A DNA stretch of 64,000 bases from Auanema rhodensis (taxonomy: Eukaryota; Animalia; Nematoda). The position numbers were made by a program, and so were the translations under genes. The notes beneath the pieces are model-generated. The model had not been told where the DNA came from. It saw only the letters and a list, made by a program, of their open reading frames with translations, and ran no database searches. Positions 1 through 13,430 of the stretch are shown in pieces (within the stretch, counting starts at the first letter, position 1; each line of letters opens with the position of its first letter). The stretch lies in NCBI GenBank assembly GCA_964057225.1, contig CAXKVF010000073.1:248001-312000 (forward strand), written 5' to 3'.

Positions 1-1760
1 TTATCTTTCACGTGAAGCGAGTTACATACCAAGTGCACATCACGTGTACATTTAATTAGCATAAATTAAAGTTCACGTAAGTTTCAAAGTCATGGTTACC
101 ATGCACCAATATCAATAAAAATTTGTTTTTAGACTAATATGGACATGGGGAATCAAATTGTGAAAACCGCATCTCTTTATCTTTCACGTGAAGCGAGTTA
201 CATACCAAGTGCACATCACGTGTAAATTTAATTAGCATAAATTAAAGTTCACGTAAATTTCAAAGTCATGGTTATCATGAACCAATATCAATAAAAATTT
301 GTTTTTAGACTAATATGGACATGGGGAATCTAATTTTGAAAACCGCATCTCTTTATCTTTCACGTGAAGCGAGTTACATACCAAGTGCACATCACGTGTA
401 CATTTAATTAGCATAAATTAAAGTTCACGTAAATTTCAAAGTCATGGTTACCATGAACCAATATCAATAAAAATTTGTTTTTAGACTAATATGGACATGG
501 GGAATCTAATTTTGAAAACCGCATCTCTTTATCTTTCACGTGAAGCGAGTTACATACCAAGTGCACATCACGTGTACATTTAATTAGCATAAATTAAAGT
601 TCACGTAAATTTCAAAGTCATGGTTACCATGAACTAATATCAATAAAAATTTGTTTTTAGACTAATATGGACATGGGGAATCTAATTTTGAAAACCGCAT
701 CTCTTTATCTTTCACGTGAAGCGAGTTACATACCAAGTGCTCATCACGTGTACATTTAATTAGCATAAATTAAAGTTCACGTAAATTTCAAAGTCATGGT
801 TACCATGAACCAATATCAATAAAAATTTGTTTTTAGACTAATATGGACATGGGGAATCAAATTTTGAAAACCGCATCTCTTTATCTTTCACGTGAAGCGA
901 GTTACATACCAAGTGCACATCACGTGTACATTTAATTAGCATAAATTAAAGTTCACGTAAATTTCAAAGTCATGGTTACCATGCACCAATATCAATAAAA
1001 ATTTGTTTTTAGACTAATATGGACATGGGGAATCTAATTTTGAAAACCGCATCTCTTTATCTTTCACGTGAAGCGAGTTACATACCAAGTGCACATCACG
1101 TGTACATTTAATTAGCATGAATTAAAGTTCACGTAAATTTTAAAGTCATGGTTACCATGAACCAATATCAATAAAAATTTGTTTTTAGACTAATATGGAC
1201 ATGGGGAATCTAATTTTGAAAACCGCATCTCTTTATCTTTCACGTGAAGCGAGTTACATACCAAGTGCACATCACGTGTACATTTAATTAGCATACATTA
1301 AAGTTCACGTAAATTTCAAAGTCATGGTTATCATGAACCAATATCAATAAAAATTTGTTTTTAGACTAATATGGACATGGGGAATCTAATTTTGAAAACC
1401 GCATCTCTTTATCTTTCACGTGAAGCGAGTTACATACCAAGTGCACATCACGTGTACATTTAATTAGCATAAATTAAAGTTCACGTAAGTTTCAAAGTCA
1501 TGGTTACCATGCACCAATATCAATAAAAATTTGTTTTTAGACTAATATGGACATGGGGAATCAAATTGTGAAAACCGCATCTCTTTATCTTTCACGTGAA
1601 GCGAGTTACATACCAAGTGCACATCACGTGTAAATTTAATTAGCATAAATTAAAGTTCACGTAAATTTCAAAGTCATGGTTATCATGAACCAATATCAAT
1701 AAAAATTTGTTTTTAGACTAATATGGACATGGGGAATCTAATTTTGAAAACCGCATCTCT

Positions 1761-4700
1761 TTATCTTTCACGTGAAGCGAGTTACATACCAAGTGCACAT
1801 CACGTGTACATTTAATTAGCATAAATTAAAGTTCACGTAAATTTCAAAGTCATGGTTACCATGCACCAATATCAATAAAAATTTGTTTTTAGACTAATAT
1901 GAACATGGGGAATCTAATTTTGAAAACCGCATCTCTTTATCTTTCACGTGAAGCGAGTTACATACCAAGTGCACATCACGTGTAAATTTAATTAGCATAA
2001 ATTAAAGTTCACGTAAATTTCAAAGTCATGGTTACCATGAACCAGTATCAATAAAAGTTTGTTTTTAGACTAATATGGACATGGGGAATCAAATTTTGAA
2101 AACCGCATCTCTTTATCTTTCACGTGAAGCGAGTTACATACCAAGTGCACATCACGTGTACATTTAATTAGCATAAATTAAAGTTCACGTAAATTTCAAA
2201 GTCATGGTTATCATGAACCAATATAAATAAAAATTTGTTTTTAGACTAATATGGACATGGGGAATCAAATTGTGAAAACCGCATCTCTTTATCTTTCACG
2301 TGAAGCGAGTTACATACCAAGTGCACATCACGTGTACATTTAATTAGCATAAATTAAAGTTCACGTAAATTTCAAAGTCATGGTTACCATGAACCAATAT
2401 CAATAAAAATTTGATTTTTAGACTAATATGAACATGGGGAATCTAATTTTGAAAACCGCATCTCTTTATCTTTCACGTGAAGCGAGTTACATACCAAGTG
2501 CACATCACGTGTACATTTAATAAGCATAAATTAAAGTTCACGTAAATTTCAAAGTCATGGTTATCATGAACCAATATCAATAAAAATTTGTTTTTAGACT
2601 AATATGGACATGGGGAATCTAATTTTGAAAACCGCATCTCTTTATCTTTCACGTGAAGCGAGTTACATACCAAGTGCACATCACGTGTACATTTAATTAG
2701 CATAAATTAAAGTTCACGTAAATTTCAAAGTCATGGTTACCATGAACCAATATCAATAAAAATTTGTTTTTAGACTAATATGGACATGGGGAATCAAATT
2801 TTGAAAACCGCATCTCTTTATCTTTCACGTGAAGCGAGTTACATACCAAGTGCACATCACGTGTACATTTAATTAGCATAAATTAAAGTTCACGTAAATT
2901 TCAAAGTCATGGTTACCATGCACCAATATCAATAAAAATTTGTTTTTAGACTAATATGGACATGGGGAATCTAATTTTGAAAACCGCATCTCTTTATCTT
3001 TCACGTGAAGCGAGTTACATACCAAGTGCACATCACGTGTACATTTAATTAGCATAAATTAAAGTTCACGTAAATTTCAAAGTCATGGTTACCATGCACC
3101 AATATCAATAAAAATTTGTTTTTAGACTAATATGAACATGGGGAATCTAATTTTGAAAACCGCATCTCTTTATCTTTCACGTGAAGCGAGTTACATACCA
3201 AGTGCACATCACGTGTAAATTTAATTAGCATAAATTAAAGTTCACGTAAATTTCAAAGTCATGGTTACCATGAACCAGTATCAATAAAAGTTTGTTTTTA
3301 GACTAATATGGACATGGGGAATCAAATTTTGAAAACCGCATCTCTTTATCTTTCACGTGAAGCGAGTTACATACCAAGTGCACATCACGTGTACATTTAA
3401 TTAGCATAAATTAAAGTTCACGTAAATTTCAAAGTCATGGTTATCATGAACCAATATAAATAAAAATTTGTTTTTAGACTAATATGGACATGGGGAATCA
3501 AATTGTGAAAACCGCATCTCTTTATCTTTCACGTGAAGCGAGTTACATACCAAGTGCACATCACGTGTACATTTAATTAGCATAAATTAAAGTTCACGTA
3601 AATTTCAAAGTCATGGTTACCATGAACCAATATCAATAAAAATTTGATTTTTAGACTAATATGAACATGGGGAATCTAATTTTGAAAACCGCATCTCTTT
3701 ATCTTTCACGTGAAGCGAGTTACATACCAAGTGCACATCACGTGTAAATTTAATTAGCATAAATTAAAGTTCACGTAAATTTCAAAGTCATGGTTACCAT
3801 GAACCAGTATCAATAAAAGTTTGTTTTTAGACTAATATGGACATGGGGAATCTAATTTTGAAAACCGCATCTCTTTATCTTTCACGTGAAGCGAGTTACA
3901 TACCAAGTGCACATCACGTGTACATTTAATTAGCATAAATTAAAGTTCACGTAAATTTCAAAGTCATGGTTACCATGAACCAATATCAATAAAAATTTGT
4001 TTTTAGACTAATATGGACATGGGGAATCAAATTTTGAAAACCGCATCTCTTTATCTTTCACGTGAAGCGAGTTACATACCAAGTGCACATCACGTGTACA
4101 TTTAATTAGCATAAATTAAAGTTCACGTAAATTTCAAAGTCATGGTTACCATGCACCAATATCAATAAAAATTTGTTTTTAGACTAATATGGACATGGGG
4201 AATCTAATTTTGAAAACCGCATCTCTTTATCTTTCACGTGAAGCGAGTTACATACCAAGTGCACATCACGTGTACATTTAATTAGCATAAATTAAAGTTC
4301 ACGTAAATTTCAAAGTCATGGTTACCATGCACCAATATCAATAAAAATTTGTTTTTAGACTAATATGAACATGGGGAATCTAATTTTGAAAACCGCATCT
4401 CTTTATCTTTCACGTGAAGCGAGTTACATACCAAGTGCACATCACGTGTAAATTTAATTAGCATAAATTAAAGTTCACGTAAATTTCAAAGTCATGGTTA
4501 CCATGAACCAGTATCAATAAAAGTTTGTTTTTAGACTAATATGGACATGGGGAATCAAATTTTGAAAACCGCATCTCTTTATCTTTCACGTGAAGCGAGT
4601 TACATACCAAGTGCACATCACGTGTACATTTAATTAGCATAAATTAAAGTTCACGTAAATTTCAAAGTCATGGTTATCATGAACCAATATAAATAAAAAT

Positions 4701-7700
4701 TTTTTTTTAGACTAATATGGACATGGGGAATCAAATTGTGAAAACCGCATCTCTTTATCTTTCACGTGAAGCGAGTTACATACCAAGTGCACATCACGTG
4801 TACATTTAATTAGCATAAATTAAAGTTCACGTAAATTTCAAAGTCATGGTTACCATGAACCAATATCAATAAAAATTTGATTTTTAGACTAATATGAACA
4901 TGGGGAATCTAATTTTGAAAACCGCATCTCTTTATCTTTCACGTGAAGCGAGTTACATACCAAGTGCACATCACGTGTACATTTAATAAGCATAAATTAA
5001 AGTTCACGTAAATTTCAAAGTCATGGTTATCATGAACCAATATCAATAAAAATTTGTTTTTAGACTAATATGGACATGGGGAATCTAATTTTGAAAACCG
5101 CATCTCTTTATCTTTCACGTGAAGCGAGGTACATACCAAGTGCACATCACGTGTACATTTAATTAGCATAAATTAAAGTTCACGTAAATTTCAAAGTCAT
5201 GGTTACCATGAACCAATATCAATAAAAATTTGTTTTTAGACTAATATGGACATGGGGAATCAAATTTTGAAAACCGCATCTCTTTATCTTTCACGTGAAG
5301 CGAGTTACATACCAAGTGCACATCACGTGTACATTTAATTAGCATAAATTAAAGTTCACGTAAATTTCAAAGTCATGGTTACCATGCACCAATATCAATA
5401 AAAATTTGTTTTTAGACTAATATGGACATGGGGAATCTTATTTTGAAAACCGCATCTCTTTATCTTTCACGTGAAGCGAATTACATACCAAGTGCACATC
5501 ACGTGTACATTTAATTAGCATAAATTAAAGTTCACGTAAATTTCAAAGTCATGGTTACCATGCACCAATATCAATAAAAATTTGTTTTTAGACTAATATG
5601 GACATGGGGAATCTAATTTTGAAAACCGCATCTCTTTATCTTTCACGTGAAGCGAGTTACATACCAAGTGCACATCACGTGTACATTTAATTAGCATAAA
5701 TTAAAGTTCACGTAAATTTCAAAGTCATGGTTACCATGAACCAGTATCAATAAAAGTTTGTTTTTAGACTAATATGGACATGGGGAATCTAATTTTGAAA
5801 ACCGCATCTCTTTATCTTTCACGTGAAGCGAGTTACATACCAAGTGCACATCACGTGTACATTTAATTAGCATAAATTAAAGTTCACGTAAATTTCAAAG
5901 TCATGGTTATCATGAACCAATATAAATAAAAATTTGTTTTTAGACTAATATGGACATGGGGAATCAAATTGTGAAAACCGCATCTCTTTATCTTTCACGT
6001 GAAGCGAGTTACATACCAAGTGCACATCACGTGTACATTTAATTAGCATAAATTAAAGTTCACGTAAATTTCAAAGTCATGGTTACCATGAACCAATATC
6101 AATAAAAATTTGATTTTTAGACTAATATGAACATGGGGAATCTAATTTTGAAAACCGCATCTCTTTATCTTTCACGTGAAGCGAGTTACATACCAAGTGC
6201 ACATCACGTGTAAATTTAATTAGCATAAATTAAAGTTCACGTAAATTTCAAAGTCATGGTTACCATGAACCAGTATCAATAAAAGTTTGTTTTTAGACTA
6301 ATATGGACATGGGGAATCTAATTTTGAAAACCGCATCTCTTTATCTTTCACGTGAAGCGAGTTACATACCAAGTGCACATCACGTGTACATTTAATTAGC
6401 ATAAATTAAAGTTCACGTAAATTTCAAAGTCATGGTTACCATGAACCAATATCAATAAAAATTTGTTTTTAGACTAATATGAACATGGGGAATCTAATTT
6501 TGAAAACCGCATCTCTTTATCTTTCACGTGAAGCGAGTTACATACCAAGTGCACATCACGTGTAAATTTAATTAGCATAAATTAAAGTTCACGTAAATTT
6601 CAAAGTCATGGTTACCATGAACCAGTATCAATAAAAGTTTGTTTTTAGACTAATATGGACATGGGGAATCAAATTTTGAAAACCGCATCTCTTTATCTTT
6701 CACGTGAAGCGAGTTACATACCAAGTGCACATCACGTGTACATTTAATTAGCATAAATTAAAGTTCACGTAAATTTCAAAGTCATGGTTATCATGAACCA
6801 ATATAAATAAAAATTTGTTTTTAGACTAATATGGACATGGGGAATCAAATTGTGAAAACCGCATCTCTTTATCTTTCACGTGAAGCGAGTTACATACCAA
6901 GTGCACATCACGTGTACATTTAATTAGCATAAATTAAAGTTCACGTAAATTTCAAAGTCATGGTTACCATGAACCAATATCAATAAAAATTTGATTTTTA
7001 GACTAATATGAACATGGGGAATCTAATTTTGAAAACCGCATCTCTTTATCTTTCACGTGAAGCGAGTTACATACCAAGTGCACATCACGTGTAAATTTAA
7101 TTAGCATAAATTAAAGTTCACGTAAATTTCAAAGTCATGGTTACCATGAACCAGTATCAATAAAAGTTTGTTTTTAGACTAATATGGACATGGGGAATCT
7201 AATTTTGAAAACCGCATCTCTTTATCTTTCACGTGAAGCGAGTTACATACCAAGTGCACATCACGTGTACATTTAATTAGCATAAATTAAAGTTCACGTA
7301 AATTTCAAAGTCATGGTTACCATGAACCAATATCAATAAAAATTTGTTTTTAGACTAATATGGACATGGGGAATCAAATTTTGAAAACCGCATCTCTTTA
7401 TCTTTCACGTGAAGCGAGTTACATACCAAGTGCACATCACGTGTACATTTAATTAGCATAAATTAAAGTTCACGTAAATTTCAAAGTCATGGTTACCATG
7501 CACCAATATCAATAAAAATTTGTTTTTAGACTAATATGGACATGGGGAATCTAATTTTGAAAACCGCATCTCTTTATCTTTCACGTGAAGCGAGTTACAT
7601 ACCAAGTGCACATCACGTGTACATTTAATTAGCATAAATTAAAGTTCACGTAAATTTCAAAGTCATGGTTACCATGCACCAATATCAATAAAAATTTGTT

Positions 7701-8982
7701 TTTAGACTAATATGAACATGGGGAATCTAATTTTGAAAACCGCATCTCTTTATCTTTCACGTGAAGCGAGTTACATACCAAGTGCACATCACGTGTAAAT
7801 TTAATTAGCATAAATTAAAGTTCACGTAAATTTCAAAGTCATGGTTACCATGAACCAGTATCAATAAAAGTTTGTTTTTAGACTAATATGGACATGGGGA
7901 ATCAAATTTTGAAAACCGCATCTCTTTATCTTTCACGTGAAGCGAGTTACATACCAAGTGCACATCACGTGTACATTTAATTAGCATAAATTAAAGTTCA
8001 CGTAAATTTCAAAGTCATGGTTATCATGAACCAATATAAATAAAAATTTGTTTTTAGACTAATATGGACATGGGGAATCAAATTGTGAAAACCGCATCTC
8101 TTTATCTTTCACGTGAAGCGAGTTACATACCAAGTGCACATCACGTGTACATTTAATTAGCATAAATTAAAGTTCACGTAAATTTCAAAGTCATGGTTAC
8201 CATGAACCAATATCAATAAAAATTTGATTTTTAGACTAATATGAACATGGGGAATCTAATTTTGAAAACCGCATCTCTTTATCTTTCACGTGAAGCGAGT
8301 TACATACCAAGTGCACATCACGTGTACATTTAATAAGCATAAATTAAAGTTCACGTAAATTTCAAAGTCATGGTTATCATGAACCAATATCAATAAAAAT
8401 TTGTTTTTAGACTAATATGGACATGGGGAATCTAATTTTGAAAACCGCATCTCTTTATCTTTCACGTGAAGCGAGGTACATACCAAGTGCACATCACGTG
8501 TACATTTAATTAGCATAAATTAAAGTTCACGTAAATTTCAAAGTCATGGTTACCATGAACCAATATCAATAAAAATTTGTTTTTAGACTAATATGGACAT
8601 GGGGAATCAAATTTTGAAAACCGCATCTCTTTATCTTTCACGTGAAGCGAGTTACATACCAAGTGCACATCACGTGTACATTTAATTAGCATAAATTAAA
8701 GTTCACGTAAATTTCAAAGTCATGGTTACCATGCACCAATATCAATAAAAATTTGTTTTTAGACTAATATGGACATGGGGAATCTTATTTTGAAAACCGC
8801 ATCTCTTTATCTTTCACGTGAAGCGAATTACATACCAAGTGCACATCACGTGTACATTTAATTAGCATAAATTAAAGTTCACGTAAATTTCAAAGTCATG
8901 GTTACCATGCACCAATATCAATAAAAATTTGTTTTTAGACTAATATGGACATGGGGAATCTAATTTTGAAAACCGCATCTCT
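1761..8982 (+). repeat. HOR domain marked by a 177-bp monomer (+A, ttgAtttttag); 7-mer/5-mer periodicity
   Basis: +A at 2414, 3647, 4880, 6113, 6994 and 8227. Spacings are 1233, 1233, 1233, 881 and 1233 (7x176+1 and 5x176+1). Each is preceded by a 'tatcatg..tataaat..tcaaattgtg' monomer and a 'cagtat..aaagttt' monomer. Confidence 0.9.
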
Positions 8983-11900
8983 TTATCTTTCACGTGAAGC
9001 GAGTTACATACCAAGTGCACATCACGTGTACATTTAATTAGCATAAATTAAAGTTCACGTAAATTTCAAAGTCATGGTTACCATGCACCAATATCAATAA
9101 AAATTTGTTTTTAGACTAATATGGACATGGGGAATCTAATTTTGAAAACCGCATCTCTTTATCTTTCACGTGAAGCGAGTTACATACCAAGTGCACATCA
9201 CGTGTACATTTAATTAGCATAAATTAAAGTTCACGTAAATTTCAAAGTCATGGTTATCATGAACCAATATCAATAAAAATTTGTTTTTAGACTAATATGG
9301 ACATGGGGAATCTAATTTTGAAAACCTCATCTCTTTATCTTTCACGTGAAGCGAGTTACATACCAAGTGCACATCACGTGTACATTTAATTAGCATAAAT
9401 TAAAGTTCACGTAAGTTTCAAAGTCATGATTACCATGCACCAATATCAATAAAAATTTGTTTTTAGACTAATATGGACATGGGGAATCTAATTTTGAAAA
9501 CCGCATCTCTTTATCTTTCACGTGAAGCGAGTTACATACCAAGAGCACATCACGTGTACATTTAATAAGCATAAATTAAAGTTCACGTAAATTTCAAAGT
9601 CATGGTTACCATGAACCAATATCAATAAAAATTTGTTTTTAGACTAATATGGACATGGGGAATCTAATTTTGAAAACCGCATCTCTTTATCTTTCACGTG
9701 AAGCGAGTTACATACCAAGTGCACATCACGTGTAAATTTAATTAGCATAAATTAAAGTTCACGTAAATTTCAAAGTCATGGTTACCATGAACCAATATCA
9801 ATAAAAGTTTGTTTTTAGACTAATATGGACATGGGGAATCAAATTTTGAAAACCGCATCTCTTTATCTTTCACGTGAAGCGAGTTACATACCAAGTGCAC
9901 ATCACGTGTACATTTAATTAGCATAAATTAAAGTTCACGTAAATTTCAAAGTCATGGTTATCATGAAACAATATCAATAAAAATTTGTTTTTAGACTAAT
10001 ATGGACATGGGGAATCTAATTTTGAAAACCGCATCTCTTTATCTTTCACGTGAAGCGAGTTACATACCAAGTGCACATCACGTGTACATTTAATTAGCAT
10101 AAATTAAAGTTCACGTAAATTTCAAAGTCATGGTTACCATGAACCAATATCAATAAAAATTTGTTTTTAGACTAATATGTACATGGGGAATCTAATTTTG
10201 AAAACCGCATCTCTTTATCTTTCACGTGAAGCGAGTTACATACCAAGTGCACATCACGTGTACATTTAATTAGCATAAATTAAAGTTCACGTAAATTTCA
10301 AAGTCATGGTTACCATGCACCAATATCAATAAAAATTTGTTTTTAGACTAATATGGACATGGGGAATCTATTTTTGAAAACCGCATCTCTTTATCTTTCA
10401 CGTGAAACGAGTTACATACCAAGTGCACATCACGTGTACATTTAATTAGCATAAATTAAAGTTCACGTAAATTTCAAAGTCATGGTTACCATGAACCAAT
10501 ATCAATAAAAATTTGTTTTTAGACTAATATGGACATGGGGAATCAAATTTTGAAAACCGCATCTCTTTATCTTTCACGTGAAGCGAGTTACATACCAAGT
10601 GCACATCACGTGTACATTTAATTAGCATAAATTAAAGTTCACGTAAATTTCAAAGTCATGGTTACCATGCACCAATATCAATAAAAATTTGTTTTTAGAC
10701 TAATATGGACATGGGGAATCTTATTTTGAAAACCGCATCTCTTTATCTTTCACGTGAAGCGAATTACATACCAAGTGCACATCACGTGTACATTTAATAA
10801 GCATAAATTAAAGTTCACGTAAATTTCAAAGTCATGGTTATCATGAACCAATATCAATAAAAATTTGTTTTTAGACTAATATGGACATGGGGAATCTAAT
10901 TTTGAAAACCGCATCTCTTTATCTTTCACGTGAAGCGAATTACATACCAAGTGCACATCACGTGTACATTTAATAAGCATAAATTAAAGTTCACGTAAAT
11001 TTCAAAGTCATGGTTATCATGAACCAATATCAATAAAAATTTGTTTTTAGACTAATATGGACATGGGGAATCTAATTTTGAAAACCGCATCTCTTTATCT
11101 TTCACGTGAAGCGAGTTACATACCAAGTGCACATCACGTGTACATTTAATTAGCATAAATTAAAGTTCACGTAAATTTCAAAGTCATGGTTACCATGCAC
11201 CAATATCAATAAAAATTTGTTTTTAGACTAATATGGACATGGGGAATCTTATTTTGAAAACCGCATCTCTTTATCTTTCACGTGAAGCGAATTACATACC
11301 AAGTGCACATCACGTGTACATTTAATAAGCATAAATTAAAGTTCACGTAAATTTCAAAGTCATGGTTATCATGAACCAATATCAATAAAAATTTGTTTTT
11401 AGACTAATATGGACATGGGGAATCTAATTTTGAAAACCGCATCTCTTTATCTTTCACGTGAAGCGAGTTACATACCAAGTGCACATCACGTGTACATTTA
11501 CTTAGCATGAATTAAAGTTCACGTAAATTTCAAAGTCATGGTTACCATGCACCAATATCAATAAAAATTTGTTTTTAGACTAATATGGACATGGGGAATC
11601 TTATTTTGAAAACCGCATCTCTTTATCTTTCACGTGAAGCGAGTTACATACCAAGTGCACATCACGTGTACATTTAATTAGCATAAATTAAAGTTCACGT
11701 AAATTTCAAAGTCATGGTTACCATGCACCAATATCAATAAAAATTTGTTTTTAGACTAATATGGACATGGGGAATCTAATTTTGAAAACCGCATCTCTTT
11801 ATCTTTCACGTGAAGCGAGTTACATACCAAGTGCACATCACGTGTACATTTAATTAGCATAAATTAAAGTTCACGTAAATTTCAAAGTCATGGTTATCAT

Positions 11901-13430
11901 GAACCAATATCAATAAAAATTTGTTTTTAGACTAATATGGACATGGGGAATCTAATTTTGAAAACCGCATCTCTTTATCTTTCACGTGAAGCGAGTTACA
12001 TACCAAGTGCACATCACGTGTACATTTAATTAGCATAAATTAAAGTTCACGTAAGTTTCAAAGTCATGATTACCATGCACCAATATCAATAAAAATTTGT
12101 TTTTAGACTAATATGGACATGGGGAATCTAATTTTGAAAACCGCATCTCTTTATCTTTCACGTGAAGCGAGTTACATACCAAGAGCACATCACGTGTACA
12201 TTTAATAAGCATAAATTAAAGTTCACGTAAATTTCAAAGTCATGGTTACCATGAACCAATATCAATAAAAATTTGTTTTTAGACTAATATGGACATGGGG
12301 AATCTAATTTTGAAAACCGCATCTCTTTATCTTTCACGTGAAGCGAGTTACATACCAAGTGCACATCACGTGTAAATTTAATTAGCATAAATTAAAGTTC
12401 ACGTAAATTTCAAAGTCATGGTTACCATGAACCAATATCAATAAAAGTTTGTTTTTAGACTAATATGGACATGGGGAATCAAATTTTGAAAACCGCATCT
12501 CTTTATCTTTCACGTGAAGCGAGTTACATACCAAGTGCACATCACGTGTACATTTAATTAGCATAAATTAAAGTTCACGTAAATTTCAAAGTCATGGTTA
12601 TCATGAAACAATATCAATAAAAATTTGTTTTTAGACTAATATGGACATGGGGAATCTAATTTTGAAAACCGCATCTCTTTATCTTTCACGTGAAGCGAGT
12701 TACATACCAAGTGCACATCACGTGTACATTTAATTAGCATAAATTAAAGTTCACGTAAATTTCAAAGTCATGGTTACCATGAACCAATATCAATAAAAAT
12801 TTGTTTTTAGACTAATATGTACATGGGGAATCTAATTTTGAAAACCGCATCTCTTTATCTTTCACGTGAAGCGAGTTACATACCAAGTGCACATCACATG
12901 TACATTTAATTAGCATAAATTAAAGTTCACGTAAATTTCAAAGTCATGGTTACCATGCACCAATATCAATAAAAATTTGTTTTTAGACTAATATGGACAT
13001 GGGGAATCTAATTTTGAAAACCGCATCTCTTTATCTTTCACGTGAAGCGAGTTACATACCAAGTGCACATCACGTGTACATTTAATTAGCATAAATTAAA
13101 GTTCACGTAAATTTCAAAGTCATGGTTACCATGAACCAATATCAATAAAAATTTGTTTTTAGACTAATATGGACATGGGGAATCAAATTTTGAAAACCGC
13201 ATCTCTTTATCTTTCACGTGAAGCGAGTTACATACCAAGTGCACATCACGTGTACATTTAATTAGCATAAATTAAAGTTCACGTAAATTTCAAAGTCATG
13301 GTTACCATGCACCAATATCAATAAAAATTTGTTTTTAGACTAATATGGACATGGGGAATCTTATTTTGAAAACCGCATCTCTTTATCTTTCACGTGAAGC
13401 GAATTACATACCAAGTGCACATCACGTGTA
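8983..13430 (+). repeat. Block duplication, ~10 monomers at a 15-monomer (2640-bp) offset (8983-~10790 vs 11623-~13430)
   Basis: Shared rare variants 2640 bp apart: catgAt (9429/12069), aagAgc (9544/12184), gaaAca (9968/12608) and atgTac (10180/12820). Confidence 0.85.

Noticed and set aside
60-166. Phased A-tracts causing intrinsic curvature
   Set aside because: A/T tracts are present (63-70, 79-88, 117-130, 156-166), but I could not see a regular 10.5-bp phase by eye. A curvature calculation would be needed.
39-170. Budding-yeast point centromere (CDEI atcacgtg, AT-rich stretch, ccg)
   Set aside because: Only the 8-bp CDEI-like motif matches. The following DNA is far from >90% AT, there is no CDEIII (TGTTTnTGnTTTCCGAAA), and point centromeres are not tandemly arrayed.
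1-176. Assignment to a known 170-180-bp satellite (Brassica CentBr, Arabidopsis CEN178, primate alpha satellite, honeybee AluI)
   Set aside because: Similar length only. The sequence does not resemble those consensuses as I recall them and has no AAGCTT or AGCT site. A BLAST or Repbase/PlantSat search is needed to name it.
1-176. 5S rDNA, tRNA or snRNA tandem unit, or telomeric repeat
   Set aside because: No recognisable 5S or tRNA sequence, Pol III internal promoter or telomere motif.
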